In this document: in pieces, positions 41,241-54,600 of the stretch
How positions within the stretch are numbered: the stretch's first letter is position 1
Layout of the letters: each line of letters starts with the position of its first letter
DNA from: a virus
Taxonomy: Duplodnaviria; Caudoviricetes
DNA length: 64,000 nucleotides
Direction: 5' to 3' (one strand)
Virus record (IMG/VR): IMGVR_UViG_3300021387_000299
Location: 32,001 to 96,000 of that record
Position numbers and translations under genes: made by a program
The notes under the pieces: generated by a model
Databases searched by the model: none
Told to the model about the DNA's origin: nothing
The model's input: only the letters and a program-made list of their open reading frames with translations

Positions 41241-44200
41241 TTAATTTATCGCTCCAGTAGCAACTGTAGTATTTGTTACTGAAATATTTGGAATTGTTCT
41301 TGATGTATGTTGCAATGTAGCTGCAGTTCCTGGTGTAACATTAACACTATCTCCAGTAGATAATGTTAAAACACCACTAGCATAACTAGCGCTAGTTACA
41401 ACGGTTTTTTCTTCTACTACAGTTGGAGTATTTGGTATCCAGTCTGTAATGTCATCTGCTGATATTGCCGTTCCTGCACTCGCACTACCAATAGAAGTAG
41501 TTACTAGTGATCCAGTTGTTCCTGCCGTCACATGACCAAATTTATCTGTTGTAATTGTTCTAATTAATTTACCTGCATTATTAGTTCCACCATTATAAGT
41601 TGTGGCTGATGCTCCTTCTGATGATGCATGTGTAATAGTTCGAGTTCCTGATGTAGTTATTGCTGATGTGCTATCAACAGTAATACCTTCACCGCCCTTA
41701 ATTGTAATACTTGTAACAGTACCAGTATTTGTAGTATAACCTTGATTAACAGCGCCAGTTACTCTACCATATTTATCAACAGTAATTCCTTGATAAGTTC
41801 CTGCAGTTACAGCTGATGTCGGGAATCTTTCTACTGCTACGGTACCAGAAGCCAAATTTGAAGCATTTAAACTAGTTAAACTTGCACCGTTACCAGCAAA
41901 TGAAGTTGCCGTTAGCTTTCCTGCGGTTGTATCAAGATAAACCCCAGTATCTGCAACCGCCGTGACGCCTTGCGCAGTTGATGTTGGAGTTGTTGAAGTT
42001 CCAAGTAAATATGCTTTTGTTGTTGTAGCAAGAGTTACATTTACTTTTGTATCACTATTAGTTACAGTTTCTGTGCCTGTTGTGTATCCAGTAATATGAC
42101 CATAATCATCAGTAGTAATAGTTTGTAAATATGTTCTTCCGGTTGAACCTTTAGATCCAGCAGAGGCTCCAGAAGGTACTGTATGTGCGACACTTAAATT
42201 TCCACTACTATCACTAGTTACACCTATTACGTTAGCGCCACTAATTTTATGTGCGCTTCTAACAGCCCCATTTTCAATTATATTATAATAAACATTTCCA
42301 TTAGTTAATGCAGATGTTGTTTGTGAAGTTTTCGTAGCTGAATTAGTTACAATACCTTTTGCTTGATGATGAGTATCAGTAACTGTTTCTGTTCCTGTTG
42401 TATAACCAGTTACATGCCCAAATTGATCTGTTGTAATGGTTTGGATATAAGTTCTACCAGTAGTTCCTTTTGTGCTTGCGGAAGCACCAGAAGGAACAGC
42501 ATGGGCAATTGTTCTTGATCCAGAAGTAGTAATAGCTGTTCCAGAATTTGAAATAGTAATACCATCTCCTTGGTCTAGTGTTACGCTAGTAACTGTACCA
42601 GTATTTTTAGTATATCCAGCATAATATAAAGTTCTTGCTGTAATTAGATTAGTGTCAGTAGAAGTTACCGCTTTTGATGCGCTATTATCTGTAATACCAA
42701 CAGATAAAGCACCTGTGATATGACCTTGATCATCAAATTTTATTTTATATAAGTCTTCTGTTGTAATAGCAGTTATACTATTACTATGGCCTATTGTTAT
42801 ATTCCCTGAAGTTCCACCGCCAGTTAATCCAGCTCCAGCAGTAACTCCTGTAATCGTACCTACATTAGAAGTTTTACTAGCCGCTAAATCATATGCTTTT
42901 TTAACTGCATTTGCGGTTGCTGCCAATGATGTAGATGTACTGTTGATCGCATCCGATAATTTCGTTGTGCCATAAACTCCAGTTGTAGCAGTTCCAATAG
43001 AAGCAGATGAACTTGTTTTTCCTCCTACGCTAATGGTGAATTGTGGCGCTGCTGACGAAGTTCCACCGGTCATATTAATTGTAGGATTGATATTTACCGC
43101 TTTAACCTTTCCTACAGTCCCATCAGCTAATAGCATGTATCCATCGGTAAATGTATTAATGCCTTTAAATAATCCATTATCTAAATTGGTTTGAACAACT
43201 ATTCAGTCGCTATCTTCTGCGGTTGCGCCACTTCCCTTTTCATGAACGCAAATTAATAAATCGCCTGTTTCACATATTTTTCCTACATAAGTACCAGTTG
43301 TTTCTATTTTATAAGTTCATCCAGCATCATATGGAGGATTAGGAATATCAGTTTGTGATGTAATAGTTCCTTTAAATATCATGGCATCATTTAATGCCAA
43401 TAAGTCATTTAATTCTGCTTTTGTCGCATAGGTTGAAGTAATTGTATTTCCTTCACTATCTTTTCCAGCTTGAATATCGGCTACAGATGTTTGACCTGTA
43501 CCGCCTCTTGCAACTGAAAGGGTTCCAGAGGTAACTTGACTTGCCGCAATAGCAATATTACCAAAGGTTGCAGAAACCTTTCCATTTGTTTGACTAAAAG
43601 CTGTTAATGTTTTTGCCGCACTTGGAGTACCAGATATTGTTCCATCTAAGGTATTAATAGCTGTTCATACTCCTTTTGGAGTTGCCGCAAGTCCTTCTTC
43701 AGTGGTACTGCTTGTATTAGATAATTTAGTTACACCATAAACACCAGTAGTAGCGGTATTTAAAGATTGCGCTGTTCCACTGTTGCCAGCAACAGTCACA
43801 TTAATTTTCGGCGCACCTGAATTATCTCCAGAAGTAACTGTAATACTAGGATTAAATAAAGCTCTGCTTACAGCAATTTTACCATTACTTTCTGAAACTG
43901 CTGATACATATTTGGTACTGTCTGCACTGTCTGAAATATTTAAAGTATTAATTGCATTGGTGACTGCAGTGTTAACACCTTTCGGAGTTGCAGCTAGACC
44001 TTCTTCAGTAGAGCTTACTGTGCTAGAAAGTTTTGTTGCACCATAAACTCCGGTTGTAGCGGTATTCATTGTTGATTCAGTACTAGTTTTACCTCCAACT
44101 GAAATTTTAAATTTTGGCGCTACAGATGAGGTTCCAGCAGTTAAAGTTAATGCAGGATTAATAGCAACTGATTTAACCTTTCCATCAGTGCCATCTGCGA

Positions 44201-45197
44201 GTAACATATGTTCATTAGTAAAAGTATTTTCATCTTTAAATAATGCATTATTAACATTTTTTTGAATAACAATTCAATCATCGTCATCTGCGGTTGTTCC
44301 ATCAACAACGCAAATAACTAAATCTCCAATTTCACATTTTTCTCCCGCATAAGTACCAGCGGTAGCGACCTTGTATGTTCAGCCAGCTTCATGAATATCG
44401 GGTATATCTGTTGCGGAGGTAATAATTCCTTTATATATCATTGCATTATTATCTGATAATGAATCTGATATACTATCTGCAATAGTGTCATGCAAAACTT
44501 TTGCTGTAATTACGCGTCCAGTTGTTGCTGTACCGGCGGTAGCTTCAGTTTGAGACATAACAGAAAATGTACTATTATAGTCTAAGCCAAAAGCAATTCA
44601 ATAAGTTCCATTGTACACAAATGGAATTATGCTATTTTCAACTAATTCGTTTACATGTGTTAAATTGTTTATAGCCCTATTATAATATTTTTTTATAGAT
44701 TTTGCGCCTGTATTATTAACATTCAAAGTTAAACTATCGACAGTTCCGCTATTAGTATTATCAAAAGAAACAAGAATAACACTCCCTTTAACCAAGTCAT
44801 TAGATGTGAACTCTGCACAAGTTACTTTTTTTGCTGTTGTTGCACCTGCAGTTGAGCACTGGCCAATAAAAATTTTGCCATTACCTAATCCTAAATTAGA
44901 ACGTGCGGTAGAGGCTGTTGTACCACCGGTGCCGCCATGATCTATTCCAATAACTCCACTTACGTTTTGAGCAATATTGGCTTGTTCTGCATATTCAGCC
45001 TGAGTGCTCATAACAATACGATCTGTCCCGCCTGATATGGTAGGAGCATCATATACAATTTTGCCTAAATGATTTGATGTGTCTATAGCAAAATATACTG
45101 TTCCTTTTTCCAATGAAACTACTGGTGTACCATTACTATTTTTTTCTTCTAGTTTTGATATTGTGCCAGTTTTCATTTTTATTAAAGTATCTGCCAT
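41241..45197 (-). CDS. long tail fibre protein with fibre repeats (1318 aa, TGA=Trp)
   Basis: MADTLIKMK start with AGGAG; ORFs at 44598, 43665 and 41241 in one frame; ATTGVYG.TKLS and ITTD.FGHVT repeats; internal duplication. Confidence 0.8.
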
Positions 45198-45258
45198 CTG
45201 TGCTCTCCTTTCTCCTATATTATACAAAAAATTATCTCTAAAGAGATAATAAAATTTC

Positions 45259-45305
45259 TCTAAAGTAATTGAAAAAATAATTAGTTTATTTAGTGGTATT
45301 TGGCC
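45259..45305 (-). promoter_or_regulatory. copy of GGNCARA-TAA-GA motif (putative late promoter)
   Basis: GGCCAAATACCACTAA...TTCAATTACTTTAGA directly after a terminator. Confidence 0.55.
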
Positions 45306-45340
45306 AAAAAAAAAGAACCTCCCTTAAAAGGAGGTTCTTA
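45306..45340 (-). terminator. intrinsic terminator
   Basis: AAGAACCTCC..GGAGGTTCTT + long T-run on the - strand. Confidence 0.75.
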
Positions 45341-46136
45341 ATGTTTGAGCAGTTGCGTTTTCAAGACCATCTGAATAATCTTCTACATCATCTGTTTGTG
45401 TTTGATTGTAATTATTTGTCAACGTAGGAATATCATAGCTTGGTAAATCAGTCCAATAAATAGTAGAATCTGCTTGATCTAACTTGTAATTAATTTGTTC
45501 TACCAAATTAGCCATCAAATCTACATCTAAATCTGCCTCAAGAGTAGTTTCATCCATTCCTTGAAGCACTTGCGCGACTGCTGTTTGCGTTCTTAAATTA
45601 TAAATAAAATTCTTATTTTCTTCATCTAATTGATAAAATCTAATAGCAAATTGAACTGGTCCAGATCCTTTTGTCGCAGTGCCTTCAATACATCAAGGAA
45701 TAAGCATTTTTGCTTCATGCGCATTGCCATCATCATCTATATAATATGGATATGATGTTATATCATAAAAAGGCACTATATAATATCCGCCTTCACCTTC
45801 TGCATTGATGAACTCAATTAAACAAGAAGTCTGAGATAAATCTTTATATTCATAGTATCTATCTACTAAAAAATAAATTGTTTCTGCTCTGTGGTCTTTA
45901 GAAACGCTTAAAAAAGTTGGAACTGAGATTGTTCTAGAATCTAAATCAACCTCAAATGTTTTTTCATCAGTTGGTAAAATAACAGATAAAATTGGCTGGT
46001 TATTATACGGATTTACTAAATGCATAATAACTTCATTATTTTCATCATATTGTATATTACCATTATCATCTAAAAGAGGTTCTCATTTTTCAATCCCCCA
46101 TAGATATTTAGCATATTCTTCAGGAGTTGTAATCAT
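45324..46136 (-). CDS. BppU-like baseplate protein (270 aa, 2 TGA)
   Basis: DHRAETIYFLVDRYY..DL, LIP(W)CIEG.AT..SG.VQFAIRFY; GGAGG RBS. Confidence 0.7.
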
Positions 46137-46157
46137 TAATATTTACCTCCTTTCAGA

Positions 46158-48299
46158 TTATTGTGCTTCAACGTAAATTACGCCATAATTTATTGCTGAA
46201 TTAACAAATACACTTGCACCATTTAATTGATTTTCAAGAATTAAATAATATCTACCATTTGTTAAAGGCTTAAATGGAATAGAAGCTGCGCCATTTACAA
46301 ATGTAAGTTCTCCAGTAGCTTGTAACATATTTTCTGTAGCAATTGGATCTTCATCTTCTACGTCCGCAGAAATCTTATGCCACTCATAAGTTACTTTATC
46401 ATGATCGCCAACAGTAACATTTAAATCTGGAATATTTACTCTGCCTGCAACGATTGTTTCTTCCCATTCTGTCCAATTAATAACTGGAACTTCTGGCATT
46501 GCAGTAACACGACATACTCCTGCATCCAATAGTTCAGTTTCTGTATCATCATTATTAAAGTGATTATTAATTTTTACTGCATAGCAACCTGGCGCACTTG
46601 CTTCATAAGTAGCCTCTGTTGCTCCTTCAATCATGGCTGCATTCGCCATATTAACATCATAAATATCATCTGATTTATACCATTGATAACTTAAATTTTC
46701 AGTCTGATCTGCGCTATTTCCATCACTAGCAGTTGCGGTTGGTGCTAATGTAACAGTAGCAGGGCCAGTTGACTCAATATTATATTCAATATTACTTGTT
46801 GCAGCTGCGCCACTTTGACGAGTTTCTGGATTAATAAATTTAGTGTAATCAACCTGGTTAATAACGAAACGTTGAGGTTTATCTACATTTTCCTCATCCT
46901 GATGCATTGTGCGAGTAATTTCTGGCTTTGCTGCATAAGGAATATATAATGTAAAGCTATTTGCTGAATTTGTTTTAAATCCTGTAGCTCTATTTCTAGC
47001 ATTTACTCTATAATAACCAGGTTTTGTAATAACTGCTGATGCAGTTCTTTCATAAATCTGAACATTTCCATCTAAATTAGCAATATCTGTTTGTGTAACT
47101 GGTTGGAAAACATCATTTTCTTTTTTGATATAATATAATCTATTTGCATCACTATGATCTGAAACTTCAATAAAATTATAATTTTCAGTCTGAAGACCTT
47201 CAACACCACTATCTTCAGTAGCTTTATAATTAAATTGATACCAAATACTTCCACTATCATTAGTATATGCTTCAGCAATTAGTTTTAATAAACCAGCTGG
47301 CTGGTTCTTTGCGCCACCTTCTAAATTACGTGTATATGTTTCTTCTGCTAACAATGTTGCGTCAACATCTAAATTGCGTACAAATATAGGCTTTGCAGCA
47401 GGAGTTAGCGCACTAGCTGTTTCAGAGTCTGGATCTGAATTTTCAAAAATTCCACGCATTGTGGCAATAGCTGAAGAACTATTTAAAGTATTATATTTTA
47501 ATTCTTCATCATCCTCAAATAAAGTATAATGTAATGAGTCAGAAACTGTGATAGTTGCTGGTAATGAACTAAAACTATACAATAATTGGGCATTAGTATT
47601 AGCTTCATCACCTCTATCAGTCCATTCAACGAATCTAACTGCAAATCTAATTGTTCCTGTCTGTGCAGTTAAAACATCGTCAATTAACCAACCAAAAATA
47701 ATTTTGTCTTTTTCTGATTGAGTGTCTCTTAAGAAATCTCTTGATATACCCCTTGTGCCATCAGGCAATTCCCACTCAATATAAATATGACGAGTGTCTA
47801 AATCAACGGCATCAAAATATCTGTCAATTCTAAAGAAAACAACTTCTGCAAACTTATCTCCAACGACGCCTATTTGACTTAATTCTCCTGGAACTGTAAT
47901 TCCACGAGTATTTGCATTAATTTCAAAATAAGGCTCATCAAGAGGAAGTCTTAAAAAATAAGGATCTGACCCAGTTCTTCCATCTCCAATAGCTAACTCT
48001 GAGAGTGCTTCAATATTTTGGAAATATTCATTTAAAGTATTAATTCCAGTTGAAATAACACGTTCATTATTTTTTACGATTAAAAAATTGCCATTTTCAT
48101 CAAAATCGCTATCTTCACAAGGAACTAAATCCCAGCCACCGCCAGCAACTGAAACATACTTATAATTTTCAATAATTGGAGTTCCATCTGGATTAAATCC
48201 AACTTCTTTTTTAACTGGAGCTAAACCCAATTTTGCAGAGGCCATATCAAACAATACAGTATAGTTTTGTTTGTTATCACTATTAATATAAGTAATCAT
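46158..48299 (-). CDS. BppU-like/Ig-like domain structural protein (no TGA)
   Basis: FFRIDRYFDAVDL, IIFGW.I...T...G.IRFAVRF; Ig-like YQWYK..IEGAT..Y. Confidence 0.7.
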   Translation of the reverse strand: MITYINSDNKQNYTVLFDMASAKLGLAPVKKEVGFNPDGTPIIENYKYVSVAGGGWDLVPCEDSDFDENGNFLIVKNNERVISTGINTLNEYFQNIEALSELAIGDGRTGSDPYFLRLPLDEPYFEINANTRGITVPGELSQIGVVGDKFAEVVFFRIDRYFDAVDLDTRHIYIEWELPDGTRGISRDFLRDTQSEKDKIIFGWLIDDVLTAQTGTIRFAVRFVEWTDRGDEANTNAQLLYSFSSLPATITVSDSLHYTLFEDDEELKYNTLNSSSAIATMRGIFENSDPDSETASALTPAAKPIFVRNLDVDATLLAEETYTRNLEGGAKNQPAGLLKLIAEAYTNDSGSIWYQFNYKATEDSGVEGLQTENYNFIEVSDHSDANRLYYIKKENDVFQPVTQTDIANLDGNVQIYERTASAVITKPGYYRVNARNRATGFKTNSANSFTLYIPYAAKPEITRTMHQDEENVDKPQRFVINQVDYTKFINPETRQSGAAATSNIEYNIESTGPATVTLAPTATASDGNSADQTENLSYQWYKSDDIYDVNMANAAMIEGATEATYEASAPGCYAVKINNHFNNDDTETELLDAGVCRVTAMPEVPVINWTEWEETIVAGRVNIPDLNVTVGDHDKVTYEWHKISADVEDEDPIATENMLQATGELTFVNGAASIPFKPLTNGRYYLILENQLNGASVFVNSAINYGVIYVEAQ

Positions 48300-48385
48300 C
48301 TATTTTCCTCCTTCTTATAAAAAGAAGGGAGAAGAAGTCATCTCTCCTCCCTTAACTATTATATTTAATTTTTTATTAAATTAAA

Positions 48386-48604
48386 TTATTTGGAACTGAC
48401 CACGTTATATACTTCTTTCCAATCATCAACATCATCTGCAAAAACTGTTATCATTTTAACAAAACTTTTATTATCTTTTGTTAAAAATTTATTAGTATCA
48501 GCTTCTAAACGATATTTTACAATAGAAGGAATTCCTTCAAGATGAACTGGAGAAGTAATTATTCCATTAGTTCCAACATATGTATAAATAGGTGTTTTGG
48601 TCAT
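48386..48604 (-). CDS. small phage structural-region protein
   Basis: GGAGG RBS, 72 aa. Confidence 0.7.
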   Translation of the reverse strand: MTKTPIYTYVGTNGIITSPVHLEGIPSIVKYRLEADTNKFLTKDNKSFVKMITVFADDVDDWKEVYNVVSSK

Positions 48605-48621
48605 AAAAAATCCTCCAAATT

Positions 48622-51600
48622 TTAATTAGCTGCAATATAAGTTTTAGTCTCAATATTAGAGAAATAACTTTCAATCAATGCAAATCCTTCATATTGAGTT
48701 TGAGATTTATAATAGAAAGTCATATTTGAAGTTTTTCCACTACTATGATTATATACTTGCCCACTAACAGTACCGCTATTATCTAATAAGTTTCTACTAC
48801 TTACTAAATATAGATTAGATCCTTCTGTAAGAGATCCAATTTCAAATTGTTCAACTGAGCAAAGCTGATTACCAAAGCATAAACTTCCAATTTTTACAAC
48901 AGAAGCTGGTACTTTAACCAAATCTAATGTAATAGTACGTGCAAATCCACTATTAAATGCGGAATCGCCAATTCTGGCAAGAGTAGAAGGTAAAATAATA
49001 CTATTTTCTTTTGGAGCGTCTGTAATTGGAGTAATTGTTTCAATACTTTCAAAACTCATAAAATATCTATTTCCAATTACACGTAATCCTTCAGGTAATT
49101 CAATATATTTTAAATGCATCGCAGTATAACTTGCAGGAGTAGAAGAAGATTCTAACATTCTTAATTTGCAAGGCTCTGCTTCGCTACTCTTTCAGAAAAT
49201 ATGAGTAATTTCTTTTGAATCTCCTCTGCTATTACTATTATTAAATGTTGAGCCTAACGTAATAATAGGTAAACCATTATAATAACTAGGCAAAGTTATT
49301 TTTCCAGTTAACTTATATCCATTTTTAATATTAATAGTATATCCATTTGATACATTATAAGCAGAATTTCAATAAGCTTCTGGTATAACAACTTCACTAA
49401 CACCTTCAACATATGAAGTTGGGGTAAAATCAAAGCAATTTACATCAGTGGATTCATCATAAACAGATTGCTTCATATAAACTGCGTAAATTCTAATATC
49501 TTCTTCTGTTACTGAAGTAGCATCTAATTTTAAAAGAATAGAACTTAAACGGTTTTTATTTGTTGGTAAAGCATCTGCTTGATTTCTAGTATATCCTTTA
49601 AAAGAATAGATTTCTGTTAAACCTAAATTACCTGGGTCATATACCGGTAATTCTTGAGGATCTGGAATTGGTTTACCATAAGTTGTTTTTCTTGTGGTAA
49701 TTTCAACACCATCTGGATTTATATAATGAATTGTATATAAAGTTTGAGTAAATACTGCGTATAATTTAATAACTGTTTGCTCGGCTGAGAACACTTTGCT
49801 TAAACCCAATGAAGTCCAAGAGCTAGTTTCTGCATTATATGCAAGTTTAGATTCTACATCTAAGTCAGTTGGATTTACATACTCAAAAGCCCATCCTCTA
49901 AAATCATAAGTTTGTGGAGCAGAAATAACCTTTTGCGGTAAATCTTGAACTGGTTGTCCAGTAACAGCATCAGGAGAGTATCTAAATGTTTCAATTTCAA
50001 CTTCTTTGCCAGTATTCATATCAACTTGAACATATTTTCCTAAATATGCTTCATTGATATATCTTGCAGTAATCTTTAGTTTATTCCAATACTTATTATA
50101 TTTTGAAGTTAATTGATCTTCATCAATCTTGTGGTCTTCATCATTATTAACATATAATTCACCAGTAATTGCTGGAACAGAAGCTGAAATAGTGCCAACT
50201 GCATTATTAATAAATTGGTTAACATTATTACCTGTTACTGCTTCTCTATCAGCAATAAAATTATCTAATAAATCCAAATTGGTAATCATATCTTTATTTA
50301 ATGAATCATCATATGTATAAATTCTACCATTTAATGTATTGTTTAATCAATCATTAATATTATTATTTGTATATGGCTCATATGTACTATGATCTGTTAA
50401 ATAATAATAATCAATACCTGTTAATTGACTTTCACCATATTCAACTTGAGTATAAGGAGTCCATTTTACATTAAGAAGATTAGCTTTTAATCTATTTCCT
50501 ACACCAGTACCATATTTCAAATTATAAAGATTCTGTAAAATTTCATAAGAATCATAACCTAAAGCGTCACCTTCAAAATCAATGGTATTAATTAATGAAC
50601 CAGTTCCTGCTTTTGAAGAATCATAATCAGTTAAACCTTCAACATATAAACCTTTATATGTTTCTTTATCTCGATAAACAGCTTTTCCATCTACCATATC
50701 TAAGATAACTGGTTTTTCTCTTAAAATTCTTGTTAAGTTTTTATTTTCTACTAACTTTAAACTTTCAACAGTGTTTGGTAAATGAACAATATCTAAAGGT
50801 GCGCCATCTGCAAATGTAACACCCTGTAACTTAGTACCAAGAGCTCTAAATTCTTGTAATTTTCCAGCACCAGTTGCATCAATCTTACGATCTAATGAAC
50901 GAAGATTTGATAGAATAATTTTTTGTAACAATGGTTTCTTTTCTTCATTTGTATCTTCATCTCTTTCAGTATGTAATTCAAATGGATCGAGAGTCTCATT
51001 ATTAAAATATTCTGGAACATCACTGCCTAATGTAATATCAAGTAAATGTGGTGCATTAGCATATTTAATCTGATTAGGATACTTTGTGCTTAAATCACCT
51101 AAACTTGAAATATAAGGAGAACCTGCAAAATAGTTTAATTGTTGATCTACTGAACCAGATTTAAACGATTCTAAAATAGAAGGCGAAATAACCGTAGGAA
51201 TACCATTTGGATATTTTGCAGCATCATAAGATTCATTTGTTTTATATAAAATTTCATCTACAAATGTTGTTACATAGAAGTCTAAGAATGGAGTTACATA
51301 GAACTCAGGAGTTGCATCAATATAAGGAACTGGGTATGTTGCCACAACCTGACCTGCCGCAGGTGTACTACTATCAATATATTTATCAGATGTGGCAATC
51401 TGTTGGTTTGCAGTAACACGGAACATAATGCCAGCCATACCACCAGTAGAAATGGTAAAATCACCACCACTTCATTTAGAATCCATATAAAGAAGTCTAT
51501 TATTAATTAATAATTCTCTAGAAAGAATTCTATCACCTTGACATGCATATAAATAATCTGCTGTAGAATAAGTACCATCTTGATGCTTCCATCTCTGAAT

Positions 51601-54600
51601 TGTCGGTAATACATACTTATAATATTCATCAAGTCCAATAGCAATAATTGGTCTCTTACCTCTCATTGCATAAGAAGATCTAAATACATCAGGATCACAG
51701 GTATAAGCACCTTCAATACGTTGATATGTTAATTTACTGCGTCTTAAAGCTTGATAAGTAGAAATAATTTCTGATTTAAACAAATCATAGAAGTTAGTCC
51801 ATAATACACTTGTTCCAGTAGAGAATGTACGGTTTTCAGTACAATCTTCATTATAATCTCATAATCAAGCTCCAACGTTATTTAAACCTAATTGAGTATC
51901 AACATCATAAAAGATAGGATACCAAATATAATCCCCACCTTTTTTGTGCGGTCCAAATGTTGCCATCATCATATTTTTACCACGTGAATCATAGCAAAGC
52001 AACAATTCAGTCATAATGAAATAAATAGTGCAATAATGTTTATCAAAGTGATCATTAAACTCAGAATAGAATTTCTGTTTTCTATATTCAACAGTATCTG
52101 CTGAGAATTCACCATATAATATTACTGAATTTGCGCCAGCATCAAATCATTGACCTTCTGCATATTGATACCAAGATCCTCTTTGATTAGTAACATTTTC
52201 TGTTACTTCATAATGACCTACTGGTAATGTACCAACAACAGTTGGTTTCTTATTTTTTGGATCATCTTCTGATAAAGGAGCGTCAACCAAATCGACTGGA
52301 GTAGTAATATTAATAGAATAAACATAAGAAGCTGTTGGATCATCTGATTCTCTCGAAACAATATATCTAATAGGCTCATCGAATGTATTATTTGTTGCTG
52401 ATGTGCCATCTGTTGAATCTAATCAATTAAATACACGTTCAAAATTAGCGAATTTAGCACGCAAATAATTACAAATTGCAGCATTACTTTCGTTTGCAAT
52501 ATATTGAGGAACGAAACTCTTTCCATCATCATCTGTTGTCTTATATTTTTGAGCAGCCTCAATTTGATCTGCTTCAACGTTATAACGAGGTTCAAAATGT
52601 AATGAGACTTCCAATTTAGGATTTGTTGCATCAGAATCTTCTGTTAAAGCACCAAAACCAGCTGCGCGCATCTGCTCATTTGGATATCTAAACGAACACC
52701 AAGTACCTTGATTATCTCTTAATTCTCAACATTCTGCTACATCTTTTATATAAGGATGCTCATGAGTTGCAGCAATTGTTTCGCCATCATCCTCATATTC
52801 ATATCAAGTTTTATCTACATATGGATGTTCAATCTCTTCTTCGAATCCATAATATTCATTTGAACTCTTATCAAGGTTCATATTATATCTACCAATATAT
52901 GTATATTCATTTTCAGCAGTTTTATGGAAAACTAACATTGGGAATCCATAAACACTTGTTCGATATACTGAACTATCCAAATCTCTTAAATTTAAATCTT
53001 CAAGAGGATGTTTGTCATAAATACCATTACCCATAAGATTAGCAAAACCAGTATTGTAAGAACCAGAAGATTCCATATAGTCAATCTTTCAAGTAAATTT
53101 ATTAGTACCTAAAGTTTCACTATCCATATGTCATTTTTTAGAAATTTTTTCACCAGTTTCAAGCGTAGCTCCATCAGCGATAGGTTTTCCTGCTAAAGAA
53201 CCTTGCGTATAAACTCAAGTCTTTTTTGCGCTCTTAAATTTGGTTTTAAAATTACGTCTTGGATAAATCTGTGAAGATGTACCTTGTACATTCAAGTCAA
53301 CATTATCTGCTGTAAAACTAGGACAATGTGTATAATATTCATACTCAGAAATTCCACCCTTTTCTGGACCAAGGCTCAATAAATAATCCGCTGTCGGATT
53401 AACAAATTCAATTGTTACATTTTTATTGCCGCCTTTAAAATGTGGTAACTCTCTATCGGCCTCAGATAATTTTGTCATATCAATAACTGCATATGGCATT
53501 GTAGGAGCATCTGGATGCTCAGCATTATACTGAACCAATAATTCATATGATAATTTAGTATCGTCATTTTTATCAGTTAATAAATTTTCATCATAAAGTG
53601 CAATACTCTTTAAGTCAGAAAGATAATTGTGAATTACTTCTGGCATTGTAAGAGCAATTTCATAAAATCTTAATTTATATAAATCAAAATCACAATATTC
53701 TGAATTAATTAAGAATGGAATGTTTACCATATCAATTGCGGCAACGTTACTTAAATTAACAGCGCCTGATAAAATACCATTCAAATAAATAGATAATGTT
53801 TTTCTAATACTATCTATTACAAATGAAATATTAATGATTTCGTTTTCTTTATAACGTACGTTAACTGTTTTCCCAGAAGTTCTAAAGTAAGCTTCTTGAG
53901 TACCAATACAGAATCCTTCATTATTTTCATTAAGATACTTCATGGCAACATTATTTTTAGTTTCAACAACTTTATCTGTTGTATCTTTTTCATTCATAAC
54001 AGGGTTGCCATCACCATCTCTATATAATGTTCCACCTCTAGCTGCAATCTGATCTAAAGTTAATGGAGCACCAGTTGCTTCAACTTTATTTCCAGATTCA
54101 TCAACATAATCAATACCAATGATTTTTCCATCTTGATCAATTCAACCATATTTAGGAATTTCTGTAACTAATGTGCCATATTTTTTAGCATTTCTTACTC
54201 TAAATCTAATTTCAAAACTATGTCCAACGCTACCAGTATTCATCGTAACTGTTTTAAATGGAATTTCTACGCTTGCGCCATTAGCAACAGATAAGAAAGA
54301 ACCAAAACCATCTTGATTATCTTGTCATCCATTGTTATACCAGTTAAAATTATTTAATTGTGCAGTATATGTCCCTTTAATTGTAGATTCCCAAACGCCT
54401 CTTGTTGTTTTAACTTCTCTACTAGAACGTCCTGCCGCATCAAAATTAAGAGCTAATGAAGAAATATTCTTTAAAGATAAATCTCTTGAACCTTCATCTG
54501 TAATATTAATAATAACTTCTTTACTTGAAACACCACAAGCAATAGTAAATCTATTTTCTCCTAATTGGTATAAAGATGTAACATCCCAATACAATCATCC

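Noticed and set aside
31336-45197. Diversity-generating retroelement or invertible shufflon in the fibre region
   Set aside because: Repeats are diverged coding modules with no adenine-specific pattern that I could see; no reverse transcriptase or invertase in the window
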